Positions 1 through 9,398 of a stretch of DNA of 64,000 nucleotides are shown one piece after another. The stretch's first letter is position 1. Each line of letters starts with the position of its first letter. Origin of the DNA: Planctomycetota bacterium (lineage in GTDB: Bacteria > Planctomycetota > UBA8108 > SXIK01). The stretch spans positions 7,296,001 through 7,360,000 of the forward strand of contig OZ244999.1 in NCBI GenBank assembly GCA_965223265.1, written 5' to 3'. Under the pieces are notes generated by a model that did no database searches, was not told where the DNA came from, and saw only the letters and a program-made list of their open reading frames with translations. The position numbers and the translations under genes were made by a program.

Positions 1-1
1 C

Positions 2-82
2 GTCATCTACGGCGACCAAGTGCTGCGCTCGAGTACCGGATACATCACCTGCGAGGCTGAAGACGGGTCGACGGTACGCTAG
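2..82 (+). CDS. 3' end of a CDS running in from the left edge (partial)
   Basis: Open frame VIYGDQVLRSSTGYITCEAEDGSTVR ending at TAG 80-82, with GC-rich codon style; too short to identify. Confidence 0.4.
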   Translation, partial: VIYGDQVLRSSTGYITCEAEDGSTVR

Positions 83-219
83 TCGCCCCCCGTAGCGCGC
101 GCCGATGGCGACTGAGACGATTTAGGTATTCGCCGCGACACGGCCGCTTGCCGATCTGAGTACAAGGCGTGCCCTTCGAGAAGGGTGCCTTTCGTCCCCT
201 TGGCAGAATAGCTCGAGCC

Positions 220-2217
220 GTGAAGAAGTACGTATTCAACGTCTATCTCGGTGGCCAGCTCGTCCACTTCAATATTCCGATCCGCGGCACTGTCTCTCTC
301 GGCCGGAGTCAGTCGAACGCGATTCTGCTGCCGGATGCGACGATTGGCCTCCAGCATTTGTCGCTCGAGGTGTGCGTCTGCGAGACGAAACAGCGGATCG
401 TCGTACGAGATCACGGCGGGCCAGGCGGGACATTCGTCAATGATGAACCGATCGAGGAACGAGAAGTCGCGGCCGGCGATCTCATCAAGGCCGGGCCTTA
501 CGTCATTGAGATCTGCGAACTCTACAAGAACCACGTTCCCCAGTTGCGCGACGACCCCTCCCAAACCGTCGTGTTTGCGGGAGATCCGTTCAGTGACCAG
601 GGCAGCGCGGCGGCGAGGCTCCAGGCGCTTCACGACCTCTCCATGAGCCTGCCTGACCTGCCGACTCCAGTTCTTCTCGAACGGGCGGCTCTGACGGTGC
701 AGCGAGGACTGAAGTATAGCCACCTCTGCGTATTGCTGAACGGTCAGGAAGAACTCCTCTCGTGCACAACGTGGAACGCAAAAGGCCCGTGCAATCGAGA
801 CGAGATGCCAGTGAGTCGCACGCTCATCAGCCGCTGCCTTGCCACCGGCAACGCCGTTATCTCCGAGAACGTCCGTCTCGATCGGCGCTTCTCGAAATCG
901 CAGAGCCTCCGACTTCAAGGAGTCGCTTCGGCGCTCTGCGTACCGCTACGCGCGCACGAGCAACAACTCGGACTCATCTATTGCACGCGCCGCGAGCCGG
1001 GCAACCCGTTCAATCACGAGGACCTTCAATACCTTATGGTCGTCGCGAGTCAGATCGCCGTTTGTCTAGGCCACCAGCGCACGATCAACCGCCTGAAATC
1101 GAGTGCGAGGACACTCTCGTCGATTCTCGACCATCTACGTCACGGCATACTCGTCTGCGATGCGGACTTCAACGTACTATGCGCCAACAGCCCCGCCCGC
1201 GAGATCTTAGGCCACAGACGCATCATTGGCTTACCGGTGAGCTCTGTTCTGTCAGACTATCAACACAACTTCGACGAAGTTCGAATGTCAGGCGCCACGG
1301 AATTCCAAGTCTGTCTACCGTCCGAGGAAGAACAAGCTCAACGGTTTATCGCCGCGATTCACCCGCTGCCTGATCAGTACCACGCCGACTGGAGCTGCCT
1401 GATCACGTTCCACGATGACTCCGAACGTCGCGAAGCTGAGCACGCAAAGATCGCGTTCGTCAACCAGTTGGCACACAAGCTACGAACGCCTCTAACGGTG
1501 TTTCTCGGCGTTCTCTCGCTCTTAGAGGAGCAGCTCGGTGTTACGTCGAACAAGGAAATCGACTGGTTGCTGCGGACCGGAGGCGACAGCTGCGACGAGA
1601 TGACCCGAATCATCGAGCGATTCATGTCGTTTGCTTCCATCAACCTCCATGATGGACTCGAACCACGCGACGAATTCTATCTCGATTTACAGACTCTCGT
1701 CGATCAGGCGATCGATCATGCGCGCAACCTCCCAAGCGTCCAAGACCTTCGAATCTCAGTAGATCTCTGCAACTCAGCGTACGAAGTTCGGATCGACAAC
1801 GAACAGATCGTTCAGTGCTTTACGCAGATCATCGAAAACGCCGGCAAGTTCGCAGGCAAAGGCGCGCACCTGGTCGTCACCTCCGCTCTGGGTGAGTCCG
1901 GCGAGTTGCAAGTGCGATTCGCAGATGATGGCGTCGGCATCCCCACGGAGGAACAGGAGCTCGTGTTTGCTCCTTTTCATCAGATCGACCCGGACAACAC
2001 GGGTCAGATTCCGGGGATGGGATTAGGTCTCTGGTGGGCGCGCGAGGTGCTCCGCGCACACGGCGGTGACGTCGAGCTCAGGAGCGCAGCCGACGGCGAG
2101 AGCGCTGAGAATCCTGGCACAGAGATTTTCATCACCATCCCGGCCAGACGTGTCGTCGACTCGGTCGTCGAGCGGCAGTCAAACGACGACACCATTCACG
2201 AGCTTAGTGACACCTAG
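220..2217 (+). CDS. FHA-GAF-PAS sensor histidine kinase
   Basis: FHA-like N-terminus (LGRS...H...GTFVN), GAF (SALCVPL...LGLIY), PAS-like segment, H-box AHKLRTPLT, N-box ENAGKF, G1 DDGVGI, G2 GMGLGL. ORF open from 169; GTG 220 is the likelier start. Confidence 0.88.
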   Translation: MKKYVFNVYLGGQLVHFNIPIRGTVSLGRSQSNAILLPDATIGLQHLSLEVCVCETKQRIVVRDHGGPGGTFVNDEPIEEREVAAGDLIKAGPYVIEICELYKNHVPQLRDDPSQTVVFAGDPFSDQGSAAARLQALHDLSMSLPDLPTPVLLERAALTVQRGLKYSHLCVLLNGQEELLSCTTWNAKGPCNRDEMPVSRTLISRCLATGNAVISENVRLDRRFSKSQSLRLQGVASALCVPLRAHEQQLGLIYCTRREPGNPFNHEDLQYLMVVASQIAVCLGHQRTINRLKSSARTLSSILDHLRHGILVCDADFNVLCANSPAREILGHRRIIGLPVSSVLSDYQHNFDEVRMSGATEFQVCLPSEEEQAQRFIAAIHPLPDQYHADWSCLITFHDDSERREAEHAKIAFVNQLAHKLRTPLTVFLGVLSLLEEQLGVTSNKEIDWLLRTGGDSCDEMTRIIERFMSFASINLHDGLEPRDEFYLDLQTLVDQAIDHARNLPSVQDLRISVDLCNSAYEVRIDNEQIVQCFTQIIENAGKFAGKGAHLVVTSALGESGELQVRFADDGVGIPTEEQELVFAPFHQIDPDNTGQIPGMGLGLWWAREVLRAHGGDVELRSAADGESAENPGTEIFITIPARRVVDSVVERQSNDDTIHELSDT

Positions 2218-3818
2218 TCGACAACCATGCGTCAATAAGTGACGGCGCCGCGCCGACCCGCTCGTAGAGCACAAATGGCTCGGACACGGCACGAAGCTCG
2301 GGTCCAACAACGCGCCCGGCCCCACCGCCGTCGTCGCCAACACCTGTCCACTCCCCCGACGGGAAGAAGAGCAGCGGTTCACGCGCAATCCCATTTGCCG
2401 TCGGGAACAGGAGCGGCCCGAAGACCCACGCATCGGCGGCCTGCCAGGCGCGACGATCCGTTGGCGCGTCAAAGAACACCGGCCGCAGCTGCGGCCTGAG
2501 GCGGGACGCTGCGGCAGCCCGATCCGGTTGGCGCTCAAACTGAGCCGCCGCTTTGACGAAGCAAAACCAACCAGCCAGCGCCTGAAACTCGTGCGGCGTT
2601 AGAGAATGGAGATCTCTCTCTCCATCCGCGTCGACCTCAAAACACAGCGTCGGTCGTGCCAGCGCCAACGACCTGAACGACTCAGCTCCCACGACGCCGG
2701 GCAGGGCAGTCAGAGGCAGAACGACACAGACTCGCCGGCCGGCAAGCGCGCCGCGAAACGTTCGCACGCGTGCCCGGTCAAGATGGGCAGTTTTTCGGAG
2801 GACGACTTCGTCAACCTCGGGCGTTGGTAGACTCCAATCGCCGCCGCCGCGAACGTTCTGTGGCGCGAGCTCCCGCACGCCGCGATCGCGAATCTCGAGC
2901 AGAATCTTCGGTTCGGCGCCAAATCCGCGCAGCTGCGCACTGATACGCCGCGCGACGCTACTGGCGCGGCGCTCGTCGTCTCCACGCACAAGCAATCGCC
3001 CCGCGTCGACTCCGTCAGACAATGCTTCACCATCATCATCTCTTGGCTGCGCCGAGAAACGACGACCACTCAAGCGGCGCCAAGTTCGCCGCGGAGGACC
3101 TTGGCAGAGGCGAATTTCCATGACTGCGCCGCGGCTCTCAACCCGAAACGCCCCTGAGTCAGGCGCGAACACCGCAACGCCACTCTCGCCCTGCGCGCTG
3201 AACGCATATCCAGCGGACGAAAACACCAAGGAGACATCGCGGAAACGCGCTGCATCTGGCCGTTCGTCGCCCGAGAAAAGCGCCGCGTCCACTCCATAGA
3301 GAATCTCGTCGCGCTGGGGCACCCAGTCGCATCTCAGCCCACGCGTTACCGCCGCCGCGGCAAAACGTACCGACAACGTCTTATCGGCCTCACTCCACAC
3401 GGTCTCGACGGACACGCGGTGGGAGCCGCCACCGCTGACGGTGAAATCGTGCCGCGAGGCTGCCGTCCGGCCGCTCGCCTCGGCCGCCACGACCAGAGTG
3501 CTAAGATCTACCCACGGTCCATCCTCGCGAAGTTCAAGCGCGCTGCGATCCCGGACCGCACGCATGGCGAGAATCGGCCGACCCGACGCGAGAACCGACA
3601 GCCTAAAGGGAGCCCGCTCAAGGTAGATCAGGTACGGGCCGAGGCGCCGACGCGTGATGTCGTCGAGACCAGACCTCGGACTCTCATCGGAAGCGGCGTC
3701 GAGCACCCAAAATGGCAAGAAAACGCTGAGAATCGCGCCAAAGATCGAGAAGCCTCTAAAAAGCAGCAGTTCAACGACTAAAGTTATGGGAACTCGCGTT
3801 CGACGCACCCCCGATAAC
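2204..3818 (-). CDS. divergent GH31-like (alpha-glucosidase/xylosidase fold) protein, probably catalytically degenerate
   Basis: Hydrophobic N-terminal segment; GH31-like motifs DEILYG, LVFSSAGY, RPVFFDAPTDRRAWQAADAWVFGP, FPSGEW. Start uncertain (ORF open to 4213). Confidence 0.55.
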
Positions 3819-4310
3819 ATTCGTAAACTCCACTGCCATGGGTGTTTTCGTGTCTTGGCGGGGCTCTTTTTGGCTGGTAAACAACACCGCCTTTGGTACA
3901 CTCGTGCGGTCAAGTGCGGCCCGGTCTTCACGACGAAACTAACAGACGGAGTCTTCCGGAGGAAGAGATTCCGGGGCCGCGGAGAGGTCTGATCGCGGTG
4001 GTTCATCCGAGCAGAAGGATCGGTTCCTGTTAGTATCATGTCCGCCTGCGCCGGCCACGAGGCGTTAACGCACAACGCACGCCAACCGCGGTTTTCCGCA
4101 GCGATTCGACGCCGTGCAGAGGCGACCACAACGATGTGAGGGCTACACAACTGAGGCACGCCAACATGGCTTGTGGGCGCTGGCGCTGCCCGACTCCCCA
4201 CGCCGCGGCCCACATTCGTTGACTACGTTCCTACAAGTGCGATCGTGGTTGCACTTGGCGGATTTCGGTTTCACCCGCACAGTTTTTCCCTGAGCTTCCG
4301 AGACGAAAAC

Positions 4311-6692
4311 GTGCAGCTGACAGAACTCGCGGGCGCGGACGACGCGTCCGGATCGACCCTGCCGCCGAAAACAAGACTCGACGCTGCCATACAAGCAACG
4401 CGGGGTTTCCTACGCTCGATCTTTCGGCGCGGTGACGATTATCAACCCGAGGACGTGCTTTGGAGCCGCAAGACCGTCCGCGCGCGCGACGAAGACCGAG
4501 ACGACGAGACGCGGCTGGGCTACTGGATTGGCGAACTCGAGGCGGACACAACTCTCGAGTCGGACTATATCCTCTTTCTCTACTTTCTCGATAAAGAGGC
4601 CTACCGCGACAAGATTCGCAAGCTCGCCAACTTCATTCGAACGCAGCAACTTGAAGACGGTTCGTGGAACATCTTCCACAACGGCCCGCCGGAGATCAGC
4701 GCGTCGGTCAAGGCGTACTTCGCGCTGAAACTCGCGGGCTACGCCGTCGATGAACCGTTCATGAAGAAGGCCCGTGACGCAATTCTTCGCATGGGTGGCG
4801 CAGAAAACGTCAACAACTACACGAAAATCTATCTTTCGTTTCTCAATCAGTTCAACTGGAAAGAGATCCCTGCAATCCCACCGGAGATCATCCTTCTGCC
4901 GCGCTTCTTCTACTTCAACGTCTACGAGATTTCGTATTGGTCACGCGCGATTTTGATCCCGCTGTCGATCCTCTACGCGAAGAAGCCCAATCACAAGCAG
5001 ACCCCGGAAGTCACCATTGAAGAGATCTTCGCCGGCTCGAACGGCAACAACGGTCGCACCGACGAGGCGAGCGATCGTGTTGCCGCTGATCATATCGGCG
5101 CGCCGGCAGCCGACGCCGAGGCGTCAATGGCCGTGGCGAGGGATGCGGACAGCTCTCAGGCGGAGCAGGGACACCCGGCGATCGGATCGAACGGCGCGAG
5201 TTTCAACGACGCCATCGATTCGAGTTCTGCGACCAACGGCGGCCTGAAGATCCCGAAGGACCCCAATCTTCTTTCGTGGCGTAACTTTTTCGTTCTCGTC
5301 GACAGGATCCTGCGCCTGATCGAAAAGACACCGCTCAAACCCCTGCGCGGCATCGCGCTCAAGAAGGCAGAAGCGTGGGTCATATCGCGCTCAGAGGACT
5401 CCGACGGACTCGGCGCGATCTTTCCCTCGATGGTGAACAGCGTCATGGCCATGCGCTGCCTCGGTCATGACGAGAGTCATCCATGCTTCGCAACCAATCT
5501 GAAGAAGCTTCAGGAGCTGGAAATTGAAGACGGTGACTGCATTCGGCTCCAGCCTTGCCTGTCGCCGGTATGGGACACGGGGCTCGTCATCAACGCGCTT
5601 GTGGAAGCGGGCGCAGCGCCCGACGAGCCGGAGATCATCGAGGGCGCGCGCTGGCTGCTCACCAAAGAAGTTCGCAAGCCTGGCGATTGGAATCAGCGCG
5701 TTCGCGGGGTTGAGACCAGCGGTTGGCCTTTTCAATTCCGCAACGAGTTTTACCCTGACGTCGATGACACCGCCGCCGTCCTGCTGGCTCTCGAACGATG
5801 CGACCACACGAAGGTTCCCGGCCTCGAAGACTCCATCACGCGGGGGCTGAACTGGACGTTGAATATGCAGTGCAGCAACGGCGGCTGGGCCGCTTTCGAC
5901 GTGGACATCGACCATGCGCTCCTCACGCACGTGCCGTACGCCGATCACAACGCCATGCTCGATCCCGCTTGCGCCGATATCACCGGAAGAGTTCTCGAGA
6001 TGCTCGGCCGCTTTCCAGACTTGAGATCCAACCCCGTATACCGAGACGCCATCGCGCGCGGCGTCAAGTATCTCGTCGACTCCCAGCTTGCCGACGGCTC
6101 ATGGTTTGGCCGCTGGGGCGTCAACTATATCTACGGCACGTGGCAGGCGGTGAAGGGGCTGATGGCGGTCGGAGAAAACCCTCAAGCGCCGCACGTCCGC
6201 AAAGCTGTCGCCTGGCTAGTCGAACACCAAAACAGTGACGGCGGGTGGGGCGAAACTTGCGACTCCTACCGTGATGTCAAACTCAGCGGCCGTGGCACGA
6301 GCACGGTGTCGCAGACGTCCTGGGCAGTGATGGCCCTGGTGGCAACAGGCAGCGCTGACTCGCCCGCAGTCGAGCAAGGCGTTGATTTTCTCCTCCGTCG
6401 TCAGAAAAGCGATGGAACTTGGGACGAGGACGAATTCACGGGGACCGGATTCCCAGACGTGTTCTATCTGCGCTACCACCTCTACCGCGTGACGTTTCCG
6501 CTCTTCGCTTTGGGATACTACCGCAACGTCAAGTATTCCCAGAAGCCCATCGCAGCTCCAGCGAAGACGATCCCGCTCGCCAGAGCCAAGCCGAGGGGCT
6601 TGGATCTTCTTTCCCTACGCTCACTGCGGGGGAACCTCTTCCGCGGCGGCTCGAAACCTGAGACGGACGGCCAGTCAGTCACTAGCAGCTGA
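4311..6692 (+). CDS. shc: squalene-hopene cyclase
   Basis: YPDVDDTAAV (DXDDTA) catalytic motif; QW repeats (QLEDGSW, QCSNGGW, QLADGSW, QNSDGGW, QKSDGTW); SPVWDTG; RWGVNYIYGT; TGTGFP.VFYLRY. ORF open from 4173; GTG 4311 chosen as start. Confidence 0.96.
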   Translation: MQLTELAGADDASGSTLPPKTRLDAAIQATRGFLRSIFRRGDDYQPEDVLWSRKTVRARDEDRDDETRLGYWIGELEADTTLESDYILFLYFLDKEAYRDKIRKLANFIRTQQLEDGSWNIFHNGPPEISASVKAYFALKLAGYAVDEPFMKKARDAILRMGGAENVNNYTKIYLSFLNQFNWKEIPAIPPEIILLPRFFYFNVYEISYWSRAILIPLSILYAKKPNHKQTPEVTIEEIFAGSNGNNGRTDEASDRVAADHIGAPAADAEASMAVARDADSSQAEQGHPAIGSNGASFNDAIDSSSATNGGLKIPKDPNLLSWRNFFVLVDRILRLIEKTPLKPLRGIALKKAEAWVISRSEDSDGLGAIFPSMVNSVMAMRCLGHDESHPCFATNLKKLQELEIEDGDCIRLQPCLSPVWDTGLVINALVEAGAAPDEPEIIEGARWLLTKEVRKPGDWNQRVRGVETSGWPFQFRNEFYPDVDDTAAVLLALERCDHTKVPGLEDSITRGLNWTLNMQCSNGGWAAFDVDIDHALLTHVPYADHNAMLDPACADITGRVLEMLGRFPDLRSNPVYRDAIARGVKYLVDSQLADGSWFGRWGVNYIYGTWQAVKGLMAVGENPQAPHVRKAVAWLVEHQNSDGGWGETCDSYRDVKLSGRGTSTVSQTSWAVMALVATGSADSPAVEQGVDFLLRRQKSDGTWDEDEFTGTGFPDVFYLRYHLYRVTFPLFALGYYRNVKYSQKPIAAPAKTIPLARAKPRGLDLLSLRSLRGNLFRGGSKPETDGQSVTSS

Positions 6693-6695
6693 ACC

Positions 6696-7490
6696 ATGAC
6701 CCGGGAGCGCGCCAAGCAGAAGGTCGACTGCGCGATCTTCGTGGCGCTGCGCGAAGAGATGCGACCGCTGACGCCGCTGCTAAAAAAGCGTCAGGCCTGC
6801 CGTGCAAGCGACGGCAGGCGTTTCACGTGCGGCACCGTGGGACCACACACGGTCTCCCTCTGTCGCACTGGAATCGGCAGCGAACTGGCAGAAGCGCGCG
6901 CGCTCAGTCTCATTGAGACCGTCACGCCCAGGCGCGTCTTGGCCCTCGGATTCGCCGGTGGACTCCAGCCCCACCTACGTCCCGGACACCTGGTGCTCGC
7001 TGAGAAGGTATCGAATGCGGCAGGATTTGACAGCGACGTCCCAAGGGCGCCGCACGGCTGGGGGCCACCGCGGTACGTTCGTGAGCGACCCATAGCCATC
7101 CCAACCATGACCGTCGTGTGGGGCCATCTCATCAGCGTCGATCGAGTGCTCCGCGGACAGAAGGAGAAACGCGCGGCCGGCGCCGCATTGGCCGCCGACG
7201 CCGTCGACATGGAGTCGGCCGCGATCGCCGCGGTCGCCGCAGCCAACTCTATCCCGACGCTTTGCGCGCGCGCAATTCTCGATCCGTGCGACTTGGAACT
7301 GCCGTTCGACTTTGGTCAAATCGTCACCCCGGATGGCCAGACACGGCCGTTCAAAGCTCTCTTGACACTTGGCACTCGCCCCAGCACCTGGCCGTCGCTC
7401 GCGGCGTTGAGATCCGCCGCAGGTCAAGCGGCAACCGCCTTGGCGCAGGCACTTCCCGCGCTGCTGGACCTCCTGGAGCCGGAGTCGTGA
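6696..7490 (+). CDS. hpnG: hopanoid-associated nucleoside phosphorylase (HpnG-like, PNP/MTAN family)
   Basis: TGIG, GFAGGL..LRPG.LV and AVDMESAAIA motifs; starts 3 bp after the shc stop. Confidence 0.8.
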   Translation: MTRERAKQKVDCAIFVALREEMRPLTPLLKKRQACRASDGRRFTCGTVGPHTVSLCRTGIGSELAEARALSLIETVTPRRVLALGFAGGLQPHLRPGHLVLAEKVSNAAGFDSDVPRAPHGWGPPRYVRERPIAIPTMTVVWGHLISVDRVLRGQKEKRAAGAALAADAVDMESAAIAAVAAANSIPTLCARAILDPCDLELPFDFGQIVTPDGQTRPFKALLTLGTRPSTWPSLAALRSAAGQAATALAQALPALLDLLEPES

Positions 7491-7590
7491 GCGACCGTAG
7501 GTGTTAGCAACCAATCAATGCCGCGGCGTCGGCATCGGCGCCGAACCAGGCGCATGTCGGCCCGCGAGCGGGTCTAGCTCCCCTGCAGTA

Positions 7591-8133
7591 ATGAACCGAC
7601 AACCGCAGACACTCGAGCCCGTCACGAGACTCAGACGTCGCGCGACCCTCCACGCCGTTCGCGCACCCGAGCTCGATCGCTATCTCGACCGAAGAAACAT
7701 CGACCTCGTCATCACCGACGAAGTCCAGGCTCTCCAGGTGAGGTTTCGCCGTGCACTCGAGGTCTTCGAGCACCGCGTCGAGTCGGCGCTGGCAACAACA
7801 GCTCGTGCTCTGCGTCACCGGCTCCTACTGATTCTTGTTGCCGCCCTCGTCACGGCCATCAGCGCCGCCGGAGTGGAATGGTCCTCTCGGCTCCAGCCGG
7901 TTTTGCTTGGCGTCAGCGCCTTGACGATCGCGCTCCTCGCCGGCGACATGTGGTTCATCCACCAAGATCAACGCCAGCTACGGCACGCAGCTCGTGTGTT
8001 GGAGCAGTTCGATCCAAGTTCATGTGAAACCGCCGCAAAGGCCTTAGCCCTAGCCGACGAGATCCTGGGCCTCGCGCGCGCGCTCGGCGCAGTCGAACCA
8101 CGCACGTCGGACAGCAGCGATGCCGACGCTTAG
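7591..8133 (+). CDS. hypothetical membrane protein (2 TM)
   Basis: Two hydrophobic helices (LLLILVAALVTAISAAGV; VLLGVSALTIALLAG); co-oriented after hpnG; ORF open from 7501. Confidence 0.6.
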   Translation: MNRQPQTLEPVTRLRRRATLHAVRAPELDRYLDRRNIDLVITDEVQALQVRFRRALEVFEHRVESALATTARALRHRLLLILVAALVTAISAAGVEWSSRLQPVLLGVSALTIALLAGDMWFIHQDQRQLRHAARVLEQFDPSSCETAAKALALADEILGLARALGAVEPRTSDSSDADA

Positions 8134-8292
8134 CAGCCCGTTGAAAAAGTCATTCGGCCGAGAAACCGGCCTCTTCACGCCCAGCTCGACCGCGTCAATA
8201 CTCGAAAATCTCGGAGATTACCTGCGTTTGCCGCGGCCGATCTGGACGCGAAGAGACCAGTTTTCGGCTCGAAGCACTTTTTCAACAGGCTG
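8134..8292. mobile_element. MITE-like foldback element, family A, copy 1 (159 bp)
   Basis: Terminal IRs CAGCCCGTTGAAAAAGT / ACTTTTTCAACAGGCTG, flanked by a TTAG direct repeat; near-identical copies at 29379, 40633 and 55898. Confidence 0.85.
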
Positions 8293-8306
8293 TTAGCCTC
8301 GAGTTT

Positions 8307-8478
8307 GGCCTGTCTGAAAACATGCTTCGAGATGAAGACCGGCCGCTTCGCGTTCAAATCAGCCGCAGCGAACGGAGGAAATCTCCAGCCTCTTCCATGA
8401 GATGTACTGGCGGCTCGCCGCGGCTGATCTGGGCGTAAAGAGGCCAGTTTCTCAGCCGATTGACTCGTTCAACAGGCG
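8307..8478. mobile_element. family A element, degenerate copy 2 (inverted relative to copy 1)
   Basis: Aligns along its length to the other copies (gcttcga...cgcttcgcgt...ctcgccgcggctgatctgggcgt...ttcaacagg), with decayed ends. Confidence 0.75.
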
Positions 8479-8546
8479 GTTTAGGTTCGATTCACTCGAG
8501 CCGGGCAGGCCGCACCGCTCGCGACGCGGCCTGCTCCAACGCCGAG

Positions 8547-9398
8547 TTATTTGCCGGGCAGGTCGTTGTAGAGCCGACTCGCCTGCGCCAACCACTCGAC
8601 ATGATCGGCCGAGTGATCTGGCGGACTCGGGAGCGCCATGAGTTGATCAAGCGCGGCGCGGGCACCGTCGAAGTCGCCGATCTCAAGCAAGGCGCCGGCG
8701 TAGGCGAGGTGATTGCCACCGAACTGGGGACATTCCTCTGTCGCCTGGCGTAGGTACGCCATTCCTTCTTCGGCCGTACCAATGGAAAGCAGCGGGTACT
8801 CGCGCGTTGCGACGAGCAACTCGCCGAGTTCGCGCGCCGGCCCGCAGTGATCCAGGGTGGAATCGAGGTAGTACGCCATGCTGAGGTGCTCTTTAGTTCG
8901 TAGCGCGAGCTTGTCCGGCTTCATTCTCCGGATCTCGAAGAGACGCTTCAGGTTGAGTCCGTAATAGTAGTAGGACTCGGCGTGAACGCTCGACTTCGCT
9001 TTCGACACCGCCTCCTTGCCCCACCAGACCCCCTGCTTCGCGTAAGCTTCCTGCTCGCCGCGCGTCGAATGGTTCGCTAGCCAAGCGCAAGCTCGAGCGC
9101 CGCGCCACAGCGCGCCGTAGTTGTTGACGCTGGAGATCGAGTGAAGGCTCGTCTCGCGCGAGAGCTTGACGCCGGCCGGAGTTCGTGGCTCCGCGTACTG
9201 CTGGTCGATCTCCTTCATGCGCTTGGCGAGCGCCGATTCGGTCAATGCCGCGGGCTCGTAGGGGAGGCTGGGATTGACAATCGATTCCAGCTCGACGATC
9301 GGAGGCGTGTCGCTACAGCTGACGGCGACAGCCATCAGGGCGCCCAACAGACCAATCCCCACACAGCTCCCAAGCTCACTTCGCATCAAACGCATCAT
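8547..9398 (-). CDS. TPR lipoprotein, TatT/BstC-like
   Basis: Signal peptide with lipobox-like AVSC; TPR-like helices; LDSTLDHCGPARELGELL...YPLLSIG motif resembling TRAP T-component family; overlaps the upstream gene. Confidence 0.7.
   Translation of the reverse strand: MMRLMRSELGSCVGIGLLGALMAVAVSCSDTPPIVELESIVNPSLPYEPAALTESALAKRMKEIDQQYAEPRTPAGVKLSRETSLHSISSVNNYGALWRGARACAWLANHSTRGEQEAYAKQGVWWGKEAVSKAKSSVHAESYYYYGLNLKRLFEIRRMKPDKLALRTKEHLSMAYYLDSTLDHCGPARELGELLVATREYPLLSIGTAEEGMAYLRQATEECPQFGGNHLAYAGALLEIGDFDGARAALDQLMALPSPPDHSADHVEWLAQASRLYNDLPGK

Noticed and set aside
4311-6692. Oxidosqualene cyclase (sterol synthesis)
   Set aside because: The catalytic motif is DVDDTA (SHC type), and hpnG follows.
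8175-8641. Small ORFs over the repeats (also 40340-40824 and 55601-56194) sharing LKKCFEPKTG peptides
   Set aside because: These are translations of the non-coding family A/B elements, not a protein family.
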